From: an uncultured delta proteobacterium
GTDB lineage: Bacteria; Myxococcota_A; Polyangia; Polyangiales; JAFGIB01
DNA length: 64,000 nucleotides
Direction: 5' to 3'
Assembly: GCA_963778655.1 (NCBI GenBank)
Contig: CAVZVA010000005.1
Span: forward strand, 192,001 to 256,000
The position numbers and the translations under genes were made by a program. The notes below the pieces were generated by a model that searched no databases, was not told the origin of the DNA, and worked only from the letters and a program-made list of their open reading frames with translations. Of this stretch, positions 38,749 to 48,307 are shown piece by piece; the stretch's first letter is position 1; every line of letters starts with the position of its first letter.

Positions 38749-39825
38749 ATGGACGAGGTGACCGCGTTCGAAGCGGTGCTGGAGCGCTGCGCGGGCGAGT
38801 ACCGGGCGGCGTTCGCCGCCGCCGACGACGAGCACGCGCTGCGCGAGCACAACGCGCGGCTGGTCGGGCCCGCGGGCGAGCTGACCCGGGCGATGAAGCG
38901 CATGCCCCAGTTGCCCGCCGAGCGCAGGCGCGACCTCGGCCGGCGCGCCAACCAGCTCAAGGACGAGATCCAGCGCGCGTTCCAGGAGCGGCTCGACGCG
39001 CTCACCCAGGCGCGGCGTCAGGCCGAGCTGTCGGGCCCGCACCTAGACGTCACGCTGCCCGCTCGCGGCCGCGTGCCCGGACGCCTGCACCCACTCAGCC
39101 GCGTCAAGCACGAGCTGATCGACATTTTCGTGGCGATGGGCTTCGACGTCGCCGACGGCCCCGAAGTCGATCTGTACGAGCACAACTTCGACAAGCTCGG
39201 TTTTCCCAGGGACCACCCCGCCACCGACATGCAGGACACCTTCTTCGTGGCCGGCGCAGATGGGGGCGCGCCCGAGCGCAGCGTGCTGCTGCGCACGCAC
39301 ACCTCCACCGTGCAGGTCCGCGAGATGCTGCGGCGCAAGCCACCGCTGGCGGTGGTGTCGGCCGGTGCGACCTTCCGCCGCGATGACGACGCCACCCACT
39401 CGCCGATGTTCACGCAGCTCGAGGGCTTCATCGTCGACGAGGGCGTGAGCTTCGCGCACCTCAAGGGAGTGCTGACCCATTTCCTGGGTCGCCTGTTCGG
39501 CAGCGAGGCGCCGGTGCGCTTCCGCCCGAGCTACTTTCCGTTCGTCGAGCCGGGCGGCGAGGTCGACATCGGCTGCACCATCTGCCGTCGCTGGGAACGC
39601 AGCGGCGCGCCCGACTGCCGCGTGTGCAAGAACACCGGCTTCATCGAGATCCTTGGCTGCGGGATGATCCATCCGGTGGTGCTGGAGCATGTCAGCTACG
39701 ACGCGGAGCGTTACACCGGCTTCGCGTTCGGGCTCGGCATCGAGCGCGTGGCCATGCTGAAGTACGGCATCCCCCACGTCAGCCTGCTCTACGCCAACGA
39801 TCCGCGTTTCTTGCAGCAGCTCTGA
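38749..39825 (+). CDS. pheS: Phenylalanine--tRNA ligase alpha subunit
   Basis: HPA.DMQDTF, LRTHTS, DATHSPMF.Q.EG, FRPSYFPFVEP, GFAFGLGIER. Confidence 0.98.
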   Translation: MDEVTAFEAVLERCAGEYRAAFAAADDEHALREHNARLVGPAGELTRAMKRMPQLPAERRRDLGRRANQLKDEIQRAFQERLDALTQARRQAELSGPHLDVTLPARGRVPGRLHPLSRVKHELIDIFVAMGFDVADGPEVDLYEHNFDKLGFPRDHPATDMQDTFFVAGADGGAPERSVLLRTHTSTVQVREMLRRKPPLAVVSAGATFRRDDDATHSPMFTQLEGFIVDEGVSFAHLKGVLTHFLGRLFGSEAPVRFRPSYFPFVEPGGEVDIGCTICRRWERSGAPDCRVCKNTGFIEILGCGMIHPVVLEHVSYDAERYTGFAFGLGIERVAMLKYGIPHVSLLYANDPRFLQQL

Positions 39826-39839
39826 GGGCCAAACCCAGC

Positions 39840-42332
39840 ATGCTCGCTTCGCACACATGGCTGCAGGAGCTGACCGGGCTCGCGCTCGACCCGGCCGAGG
39901 TTGCCGCGCGCCTGACCTCGGCTGGCATCGAGGTCGAGTCCGTGCGTCGCTGCGGCGACGAGCTGGAGCGCGTGGTCGTGGCCGAGGTGCGCGGGCTGCG
40001 CGCCCACCCCAAGCGCGACAAGCTGCGGCTGGTCACGGTGTCCGACGGGCGTGGAGAGCACGAGGTGGTGTGCGGCGCCCCCAACGTACCGCCGCCGGGC
40101 GGACGCGTGCTGCTCGCGCAGCTCGGCGCCCGGCTGCCCGGCGGGCTCGAGATCGTCGAACGCGAGCTCGGCGGCGTGGTTTCGCGCGGCATGCTGTGCA
40201 GCGAGCGCGAGCTCGACATCGGCAGCGACGAATCGGGCATCGTCGTGCTCGAGTCGGAGGTGTCCGCGGCGCCGGGCGCCCCCGCGGCGAGCGCGCTCGG
40301 CCTGCGCGACACCATCTATGAGCTCTCGCTGACGCCCAATCGCTCGGACTGCCTGGGTCACGTCGGGCTGGCGCGCGAGCTGTGCGTGCTGTTCGACGCC
40401 GCCTTCAGCATGCCGCGCCCCGCACCCGCGCCGCGGGTCAGCGCCGGCGCCGCCGGGCAGTGGCCGCAGCGCGAGCACGTATTCGACCTCGGCCTGGGCG
40501 CCGCCGTCTCGGGCGAAACGGCCGCGGGCCTCGCTCCGGTGCGCGTCGACATCGAGGCCGGCGAGCGCTGCCCGCGCTACGGCGCCGCTCTGGTGCTCGG
40601 CGTACGCGTGGGGCTGTCGCCGTTCTGGCTGCGTCACCGCCTGCACCGGCTGGGGCTGCGCGCGATCAGCAACGTGGTGGACGCGACCAACTACGTGCTG
40701 ATGCTGTTCGGCCATCCCATCCACGCCTTCGACTACGACCGCCTGCGCGGCTCGCGCATCGCCGTGCGGCTGGCGCGGAAGGGCGAGCGGATGCGCACGC
40801 TCGACGGCGCCGAGCACACGCTGAGCGACGACGACCTGTTGATCTGTGACGGCGAGGGGCCGGTGGCGCTGGCCGGCGTGATGGGCGGCGCCGATTCGGA
40901 GATCGGTGCGGGAACCGCGCGCGTGCTGATCGAGTGCGCGTACTTCGATCCGCGCTCGGTGCGCAGGACCAGCAAGCGAACCGGCCTGCACACCGACTCC
41001 AGCCATCGCTTCGAGCGCGGGGTGGACTTCGGCGCGGTGCGCACGGTGCTGGCGTGGGCCGCATCGTTCACGGCGCGGCTGTCGGGCGGCGCCGTGGTCT
41101 GCGACGCGCTCGACGTGGTGGCCGCGCCGTTGCCCCACCACAGCATCCACCTGCGCGCAGCCCGCGTGGCCGCGCTGCTCGGCGCGGAGGTGCCCGAGGC
41201 GCAGGCCCGCAAGCTCCTGCTCGGGCTCGGCTGTGAGCTAAGCGCGGCGCCCGGCGGTTTGCAGGTCGAGGCGCCCAGCCACAGGCCCGATCTGCTGCGC
41301 GAGATCGACCTGATCGAGGAGCTTGCACGGCTGCAAGGCTACGACCGGCTGCCGAGCGCGCTGCCGCGCATCGTGCCGTCGAGCGAGGGCACGCCGCCGC
41401 AGATCGGCCTGCTGCGCAGGCTGCGCGCGACCACCGCCGCCGCTGGGCTCGACGAGGCCATCAACTACGCCTTCGTGTCGCCGCGCGAGCTGCAGCAGGC
41501 GCGCGCGCCGGAGCTCGCCGTAAAGCTGCTCAATCCGCTCTCGGAGGAGCGCTCGGTGTTGCGCACTTCATTGCTGCCGGGCCTGGCCGCGAACCTGCGC
41601 CGCGCGCAGCACCAGCAGCAGAAGAGCTTTGCGCAGTTCGAGTTGGCGCGCGTGTTTCGGCCGCGGGCCGGCGAGCTGCTGCCCGACGAGCGCCTTCAGC
41701 TGGGCTTGCTGCTGTGGGGCCAGCGCCGGCTCTGGTACGCCGAGGGCGAGAGCTTCGACTTCTATGACGCCAAGGGCGCGGTCGAGGCCGCGCTGCGGCC
41801 GCTGTGCGGGCGCGCTCCGGAGACGCGGCTCGACCCCGAGCTGATGCGCGATGCGCCCGAGCTGCACCCGCGTCGCGGCGCCCGACTGCTGCTTGCCGAC
41901 AGGTCGATCGGCGTGCTCGGCGAGCTCCACCCAGACGTGGTCGAGGCGCTGGAGCTGGAGGGCAGGCCGGTGTGGGCCGCGATCGAAATCGCGGCGGTGA
42001 TCGAGGCGATGGCGGCGCTCGGCCCGACCCGGGCGGTCGCGCTGCCGCGCTTTCCCTCGGCCAGCCGCGACCTAGCCGTGGTGGTGGCCGAGGCAACGCC
42101 TGCCGGGCAGGTCGCGGCCACGCTGCGGGAGGCCGCCGGCCCGCTTGCCGAGGCGGTGACCGTGTTCGACATCTACCGCGGCGATCCGATCCCTGCGGGC
42201 CACAAGAGCCTGGCGTTCCACCTGGTGTACCGCGACCCCGAGGCGACCCTCACCGACAAGGTCGTGGATCAGCTGCACGCCCGGGTCGCGGCGGCCGCCG
42301 AGCAGTCCTTCGGAGGCTCGGTCCGGCGCTAG
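39840..42332 (+). CDS. pheT: Phenylalanine--tRNA ligase beta subunit
   Basis: VVCGAPN, SRGMLCS..EL, TPNRSDCL, RFERGVD, LRTSLLPGL, RFP...RDLA. Confidence 0.98.
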   Translation: MLASHTWLQELTGLALDPAEVAARLTSAGIEVESVRRCGDELERVVVAEVRGLRAHPKRDKLRLVTVSDGRGEHEVVCGAPNVPPPGGRVLLAQLGARLPGGLEIVERELGGVVSRGMLCSERELDIGSDESGIVVLESEVSAAPGAPAASALGLRDTIYELSLTPNRSDCLGHVGLARELCVLFDAAFSMPRPAPAPRVSAGAAGQWPQREHVFDLGLGAAVSGETAAGLAPVRVDIEAGERCPRYGAALVLGVRVGLSPFWLRHRLHRLGLRAISNVVDATNYVLMLFGHPIHAFDYDRLRGSRIAVRLARKGERMRTLDGAEHTLSDDDLLICDGEGPVALAGVMGGADSEIGAGTARVLIECAYFDPRSVRRTSKRTGLHTDSSHRFERGVDFGAVRTVLAWAASFTARLSGGAVVCDALDVVAAPLPHHSIHLRAARVAALLGAEVPEAQARKLLLGLGCELSAAPGGLQVEAPSHRPDLLREIDLIEELARLQGYDRLPSALPRIVPSSEGTPPQIGLLRRLRATTAAAGLDEAINYAFVSPRELQQARAPELAVKLLNPLSEERSVLRTSLLPGLAANLRRAQHQQQKSFAQFELARVFRPRAGELLPDERLQLGLLLWGQRRLWYAEGESFDFYDAKGAVEAALRPLCGRAPETRLDPELMRDAPELHPRRGARLLLADRSIGVLGELHPDVVEALELEGRPVWAAIEIAAVIEAMAALGPTRAVALPRFPSASRDLAVVVAEATPAGQVAATLREAAGPLAEAVTVFDIYRGDPIPAGHKSLAFHLVYRDPEATLTDKVVDQLHARVAAAAEQSFGGSVRR

Positions 42333-42592
42333 CCCTGCGCTAGCCCTGGGGTCCGCGTGCGCGCGATCGCCGGGGCTGATCCGGCCGCGGCCCGATCCCG
42401 GGCGAGGCGGGTGTCTGGGCCCAAAGTCTAGGCGCCGGGCCGCCGGGCGCCACACGCTCGCTCGCAGGGGCTCGGCGCGGGCCCTGCAAGGTGCGCCCAA
42501 GTAGGCGGATTCAGCGGGCTTTTTGCCATGGCGGCCTTGTGCTCCCGGAAGCCTTGTGGTTGCATGGACTGAGCACTGAGAGGGAGGCATCG

Positions 42593-42940
42593 ATGACCAA
42601 GGCCGAAATCATCGATTGCGTTTACGAGAAGGTGGGCGGGTTTTCGAAGAAGGAATCGGCAGAGGTGGTCGAGGCTGTCTTCGGCACCATGAAGGAGACG
42701 CTTGCGCAGGGGGGCAAGGTCAAGATCTCCGGATTCGGCAATTTCGTCGTCCGCGGCAAGAAGCAGCGCATCGGCCGCAACCCGCAGACTGGCGAGCCGA
42801 TCCCGATCAGCGCGCGCCGCGTGCTGACCTTCAAGCCGAGCCAAGTGCTGAAGAACGTGCTCAATCCGCAGAAAGTCGCCGCCAAGAAAAAGGCCGCCGA
42901 GGCGAGCAAGCCGGACACGGACGTCCAGACCGCAGAGTGA
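42593..42940 (+). CDS. ihfA: Integration host factor alpha subunit
   Basis: MTKAEI, VKISGFGNF, GRNPQTGE.IPISARRVLTFKPS; follows pheT. Confidence 0.93.
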   Translation: MTKAEIIDCVYEKVGGFSKKESAEVVEAVFGTMKETLAQGGKVKISGFGNFVVRGKKQRIGRNPQTGEPIPISARRVLTFKPSQVLKNVLNPQKVAAKKKAAEASKPDTDVQTAE

Positions 42941-43028
42941 GCCGCGGGCGGGAGCGACGGGCTGGAATTTCCGGCGGGGGCTGCCGGGAGTGAAAATGGC
43001 GTAGTATGGCACGGGCTACGCGCGTGCC

Positions 43029-43487
43029 GTGATCGACTCGCAACTCCCAGACAGGCTGTTCTTCAAGATCGGCGAGGTCGCCCGCATCGTGGGGGTCAAG
43101 CCCCATGTGCTGCGCTACTGGGAAGCCGAGCTGCCGGCGCTGCGTCCGATGAAGACGCGCGGCTCGCACCGCGTGTACCGGCGGCGCGACGTGGAGCTGG
43201 CAGTGCTGGTGCGACGCATGCTCCAGGACGAGGGCCTGACCATCGCCGGGGCCAAGCGGCGGCTGCGGGAGCTCAACCGCGACCGAGTCTCGAGCGAGCC
43301 CGATCCGGAGGCGGCCCAGCGCGTGAGCCTGCGCGCCGACATGTTGCAGATCCGGCGCGAGCTCGCGGACTTGCTCAAAGCGCTCGACGCGCTGCGCGCA
43401 CCCGACCGAAGCCAGCCGCCCCGTTCGGCCAGGGCCACCGTGACCTCGGCCGTGCCCAGCAGCGTGCCGATCCGCAGCCGGCGTTGA
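43029..43487 (+). CDS. MerR family transcriptional regulator
   Basis: [20 protein letters not shown]...DV, GLTIAGA; ihfA-merR-tRNA-Pro synteny. Confidence 0.92.
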   Translation: MIDSQLPDRLFFKIGEVARIVGVKPHVLRYWEAELPALRPMKTRGSHRVYRRRDVELAVLVRRMLQDEGLTIAGAKRRLRELNRDRVSSEPDPEAAQRVSLRADMLQIRRELADLLKALDALRAPDRSQPPRSARATVTSAVPSSVPIRSRR

Positions 43488-43628
43488 GGGGTAGGTTCGG
43501 GGTACGGTGCGGGCACGCGTCGGGCGCATGTTTGGAGGCGTGACGCCGAGGTCGATCGTCGCGCTTGCCCCTTGCCAGCGCCCGCGGACGGTGTAAGGTC
43601 CCTTGCCCTCCACCGCGGGGGCACTGGT

Positions 43629-43706
43629 CGGGGCGTGGCGCAGTCTGGTTAGCGCACTAGACTGGGGGTCTAGGGGTCGCTGGTTCGAATCCAGTCGCCC
43701 CGACCA
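43629..43706 (+). tRNA. tRNA-Pro(GGG), CCA encoded
   Basis: CGGGGCG/CGCCCCG acceptor, anticodon stem CTAGA/TCTAG with loop CTGGGGG, GTTCGAATCC, ACCA. Confidence 0.97.
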
Positions 43707-43717
43707 AACTTTTAATT

Positions 43718-43735
43718 CGGGAGTTGCGACTCCCG
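43718..43735. terminator. Hairpin downstream of tRNA-Pro
   Basis: CGGGAGT-TGCG-ACTCCCG; no clear U-tract. Confidence 0.4.
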
Positions 43736-43848
43736 GTCGTCGTGCACTGTTCGCGAGGCTCGCTACACTGCGTCTTCTTCAGCCGCGCCGAGCGCCGGCC
43801 CGTGCAGCGCGGGTCACGCAGGCCGGGCGCGGCGTGGCGGCTGTCACC

Positions 43849-44610
43849 ATGACCGAACGTCCGATTCTGTTGCTCACCAATGACGACGGCGTGCAGGCCA
43901 CCGGGCTGCGCACCTTGCGCGAGGCCCTGCTGCCGCTCGGGCACGTGGTGGTGGTGGCGCCGACTCACGAGCAGAGCGCAAGCAGCCACTCGATCACCAT
44001 CGACCGGCCGCTGCGCCACATCGAGCACGCGACCGACGTGCACTCGATCGACGGCACGCCCGCCGACTGCATCTACCTGGCGTTGTTCGAGCCGCGCTTT
44101 CTGCCCAGGCGTCCGGACCTGGTCGTGTCCGGTGTCAACCACGGGCCCAACCTGGGCACCAGCGTATTCTACTCGGGGACCGTGGCGGGCGCGCGCGAGG
44201 CGGCGCTGCGCGAAATCCCGGCGCTGGCGTTCTCGCACGCCGGGGACGCCGACGCGCCGTTCATCGGCGCGCTGGTGCGGGATATGACTGAGCGCATGTT
44301 GAGCGCCGAACGGCCGCCCGGCCACGGCATGCTGCTCAACGTGAACTTCCCCAAGGACAAGCCGCGCGGCATCCGCGTGACCCGTGTCGGCCGTCACGTC
44401 TACGAGGAGCGCGTGATTCCGCGCTTTGACCCGGGCGGCCGCGAGTACTTTTGGATCGGCGGCCGCGTGATCGACTACGGCGAGGTCCGGGGCTCGGACA
44501 AGCAGACCGTGGACGAAGGCTACGTGTCGGTGACCCCGCTGGCGCTCGAGGCGACGGCGCGAGACAACGAGAACATCGCGGCCCGGGTGGCCGGTCTGAC
44601 GCTGGCGTGA
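43849..44610 (+). CDS. surE: 5'/3'-nucleotidase SurE
   Basis: LLTNDDG, VVAP..EQSASSHS, GTPADC, VSGVNHGPNLG..YSGTVAGA. Confidence 0.96.
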   Translation: MTERPILLLTNDDGVQATGLRTLREALLPLGHVVVVAPTHEQSASSHSITIDRPLRHIEHATDVHSIDGTPADCIYLALFEPRFLPRRPDLVVSGVNHGPNLGTSVFYSGTVAGAREAALREIPALAFSHAGDADAPFIGALVRDMTERMLSAERPPGHGMLLNVNFPKDKPRGIRVTRVGRHVYEERVIPRFDPGGREYFWIGGRVIDYGEVRGSDKQTVDEGYVSVTPLALEATARDNENIAARVAGLTLA

Positions 44611-44636
44611 GTGGCCGGCGAGCCAAGGAGCCCAGC

Positions 44637-45167
<531 letters not shown>

Positions 45168-45524
45168 ACGCGCTGCGGCCCAACCCGGAAGTCGACCTCG
45201 GGCAGCGGGCCTGGGCGGCCGCGCGGTTCAGCACGGACGAAGCGAAGGCGCTCGGCCTGCTGTTCAAGCACCTGGTGCACGCCTCGCGCCGCGGTCTGCG
45301 CCGCGCCCATCGAATGCAGGAGCGCATCCGCGGCGAGCGTGCCGTCGGAGAGGCTGCGGGCTTGCTCTCGCCGCTCTGGTCGCTGTGGCGTCGCCGCAGC
45401 ATCGGGGTATCTACTCGCCGCTCCGCACCCCCCGCGTTTTCGCAGGCCCGCGGCGCGCAGCCGAGGCGCCGGCCGCTGCTCGGGCAGGCTCGGCGCCCCC
45501 GGCTGCGCGGCTGCACGTCGCGAC

Positions 45525-46050
45525 TCAGCTGTTATGGGCGGCCTTCCATGCCTTGGGCATGAGCGCGGGGACTTCGTGCTGCTCGATGCCGCGCGCGAGC
45601 CTGGGCAGCACGTCGCTGAGGTAGGCGACCGGATTGACGTCACACAGGTCGCAGCTGGCCAAGATCGAGAACGCGATCGCGGCGCGCTCGCCACCGGCGT
45701 GCGAGCCGGCAAAGAGAAACCCGCGGCGCGCGATCGCCGGCCTGCGATGCAAGCGCTCGACGAGCGTGTTGTCGATGGGCAGCGCGCCGTCATCGAGGAA
45801 GCGACCGAGCGCGATGTGGTGGTTCAGCATGTAGCCGATCGCCTGAGCGATCGGTGTCTTGGGTGGCTCGTGCGGGCGATAGGTCCGGCACCACGCGAGC
45901 AGCTCGTCGTAGATCGGCCGCGAGCGCGCGCGGCGTAGCGCCGTGCGCTCATCGACGCCCAACGCTTGGCCAAGCTCTTCGATCTCATGGAGCCGCTTGA
46001 ATGCCGCCAGCGGCAGCGCCGCGCGTGTATCACCGGCGTCGAGCGCTTGG
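45525..46050 (-). pseudogene. IS66 family transposase (TnpC) C-terminal fragment
   Basis: PKTPIAQAIGY, LGRFLDDG.LPIDN..VER, FLFAGS..GGERAA..SIL.SC...VNP.AYL.DVL; 5' part missing, no IS66 terminal IR found. Confidence 0.88.
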
Positions 46051-46101
46051 AGGGGGACGGTCCTCGAGCGCTTGGAGGGGGACGGTCCTCGATACATCGA
46101 T
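46039..46101. repeat. Left end of RAYT unit: 25-bp tandem duplication containing the terminal motif
   Basis: TCGAGCGCTTGGAGGGGGACGGTCC at 46039-46063 and 46064-46088; 46079-46101 is the inverted copy of 47295-47317. Confidence 0.9.
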
Positions 46102-47465
46102 TGTTGTGTTGGTGGGGCGACCGTGGTAGGCGAGGTGCTGGATGCCGCGAACTGCGCGCGTGAGGTTGGCTGGAGGGGTGTTCCATGTGGTGTCGCGGTT
46201 TGCGCGGGACCAGTGGTGGCTGGACCGAACGGGTGCACGAGAGGCGTACATGGAGCTGGTCGGGAAGGCTGTGGGACGCAGCGACACGGAGGTGCTGGCG
46301 TACTGCTTGATGTCCAATCACGTGCATCTTGTGCTGGTTCAGGGCGAGGCCCCGCTCGAGCACTTCACGAAATCGGTGCACACGGGATTCGCGACTTGGG
46401 CTCGGCGGAGTTGGCGGGGCAACAAGGCGCTGGGTCCAGTGTTCGCGGGGCGGCCACGGACGCTGCTAGTTGATCGCGAGCAGTACCTGTTGGAGTTGGT
46501 GCGGTACGTGCACAACAACCCAGTGCGAGCGGGTTTGGTGCGAGCGGCGCGTGCCAGCGCATGGTCGAGCCATCAGGCGTACGTGGGACGCGCGGTGGCA
46601 CCCGAGTGGCTGCGGATGGGCCACGTGCTGGAGCGCTTCGGTCGGGACCCGGTACGTGCGGCGGCGAAGCTCGATAGGTTCGTCGACGAGGGTCGCAAAG
46701 AGCCGCGGCGCCCGGAGCTGAGTGGCTCCGCGGACGCCGGGGAGGCGGCGGCCGTGCGTAAGGCGCTGGGTGACGGGTATCGCATGAGCGATGGGATCCT
46801 GGGTGGCGAAGCGTTCGTGGCGCGGGTGACCGCGGACGCGGAGAAGGTCAAGGCGGCGCTGTCGGGTCGCGGCGCGGAGCGGCGCGCGGGTCCGGTGGGT
46901 CGGCCCAGCGTGCGCGAGGTGATCGACGCGGCGCTGGAGCTGTTGGATGTCGACCCGATCGAGCTGCAGGAGCGTCCGCGGGCGAGGGGTCCGACGCATG
47001 CCAAGCGTTTGGCGATCTGGGTGTGGCTGCACGAGTACGGCGGCCAGCAAGTGGAGCTGGCACGCGCCCTGGGCCTGGACACCGGGGTGGTGAGCTATCA
47101 CTACGGTCGGGCGATGACGACGCCAGCAGAGCTCGACGAGCAAGCGAGCGCGCTGACGGCGCTGGTCTCTGGTCGCCGCCGTCCACGTGCGCGCACCAAG
47201 ACCAAGGCCACGGCCGATGCGCTACTGGTGCGGTATCATGTGGACGTGCAGGAGACCTGACGCGTGCTGGCGGGGGGAGCGAGAAACGTAGGTTATCGAA
47301 GTATCGAGGACCGTCCCTATTTTGCTATGCGCTACTGGTGCGGTATCATGTGGACGTGCAGGAGACCTGACGCGTGCTGGCGGGGGGAGCGAGAAACGTA
47401 GGTTATCGAAGTATCGAGGACCGTCCCTATTTTGCTGAAGTATCGAGGACCGTCCCTATTTTGCT
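46054..47465 (+). mobile_element. RAYT/Y1-HUH transposase unit bounded by inverted 23-bp motifs
   Basis: ATCGA(T/A)GTATCGAGGACCGTCCC in inverted orientation on both sides of the transposase; G/T-skewed atypical codon usage. Confidence 0.75.
46142..47260 (+). CDS. REP-associated tyrosine transposase (Y1_Tnp, HUH) with C-terminal HTH extension
   Basis: MPR..R....G..FHV..R, AYCLMSNHVHL (HUH), RYVHNNPVRAG (catalytic Tyr), WSSH; C-terminal QVELARALGLDTGVVSY HTH. Confidence 0.9.
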   Translation: MPRTARVRLAGGVFHVVSRFARDQWWLDRTGAREAYMELVGKAVGRSDTEVLAYCLMSNHVHLVLVQGEAPLEHFTKSVHTGFATWARRSWRGNKALGPVFAGRPRTLLVDREQYLLELVRYVHNNPVRAGLVRAARASAWSSHQAYVGRAVAPEWLRMGHVLERFGRDPVRAAAKLDRFVDEGRKEPRRPELSGSADAGEAAAVRKALGDGYRMSDGILGGEAFVARVTADAEKVKAALSGRGAERRAGPVGRPSVREVIDAALELLDVDPIELQERPRARGPTHAKRLAIWVWLHEYGGQQVELARALGLDTGVVSYHYGRAMTTPAELDEQASALTALVSGRRRPRARTKTKATADALLVRYHVDVQET

Positions 47466-47470
47466 ATTTT
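47217..47470. repeat. Right end of RAYT unit: 110-bp x2 plus 29-bp nested tandem duplication
   Basis: 47217-47326 = 47327-47436; GAAGTATCGAGGACCGTCCCTATTTTGCT at 47298, 47408 and 47437. Confidence 0.92.
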
Positions 47471-47701
47471 CAGGCTGCGGACCCCACGTTCGCGCGTTTG
47501 GTGGGCCACCGACACGGCGCGCGGCCCGGGACCCGCTGCGACCGAATCGCGCACCGTTCTGGCGCCGGCTGGTGTGCTATTAGTCGACGCCTCGAAGCGC
47601 GAGCACGCACTGCTTGTTGCGCCATCGAAAGTAGCCGAAAGCGCAGCCGTAGGATCTTTGATGGAAGGCGAGTTTGGTGTAACTCGTTGAAAATATAGGA
47701 T

Positions 47702-47775
47702 GCTCCCGTAGCTCAGCTGGATAGAGCAGTGGCTTCCTAAGCCATTGGTCGCAGGTTCGACTCCTGCCGGGAGCG
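47702..47775 (+). tRNA. tRNA-Arg(CCT), no encoded CCA
   Basis: GCTCCCG/CGGGAGC acceptor, TAGCTCAGCTGGATAGAGC, anticodon loop TTCCTAA, GTTCGACTCC. Confidence 0.96.
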
Positions 47776-48307
47776 CTGAGAATTCAGCTGGTTAGGGTGG
47801 AGCAGCGGTGGCGGGGCCGGAGCGTGGCCCCCTGGATTCGCGCGAAGGACCACTGGCGTCTCGGCGCAAGAGCCCGCCGCGCCCCCGGCTCACGGGGTGG
47901 GAGTCGCTTGGGGAGTCACCGCATCGACCTCGAGGGCGCAGATGCCATCGGTGTGAACTGCCAAGTAGTACGCACCCGCCCGAGGGTAGAACGTCTGCCC
48001 CTCGCAATTGCAAGTGACCGTGATGATGCGTCGTGTTTCGGTCCGTTGCGATTCGCCCGAACAGGCCGCAGCGCCGAACGCGCTCGCAAGGTGCCGATCG
48101 CAGGTGATGTAGTCGTCGCCCACTTCGACCGGCGCGCCGAGCATGTGTTGCTCCGCGTTGGCCGCATCACGACTGCGTGCTTGAGCTGACTTCGCAGACT
48201 TGCGAGCAGCTCCTCGGTGCGAGCACGACCGAGCACGATCGCTTTCACGCATTGCGCCTGAGAGGCTGGGGGTGTTGAATGCCCGGTGTCTGCCGAGGAG
48301 ATTGCCG

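Noticed and set aside
43007..43022. Sigma-54-like TGGCACG-N4-ACGC before merR
   Set aside because: Poor -12 element, and the implied TSS would fall inside the CDS
45168..45524. IS66 terminal inverted repeat downstream of the TnpC fragment
   Set aside because: No GTAA-initiated IS66-type end found
47217..47470. CRISPR array from the three 29-bp repeats
   Set aside because: Intervening sequence is a duplicate of the transposase 3' end or absent; no unique spacers and no cas genes
47755..47775. Prophage/ICE attL-attR duplication of a tRNA 3' end
   Set aside because: No second copy of any of the three tRNA ends and no integrase seen in the window
47776..48300. Protein-coding gene after tRNA-Arg
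   Set aside because: Candidate ORFs lack GC3 bias, RBS and motifs; probably degraded DNA
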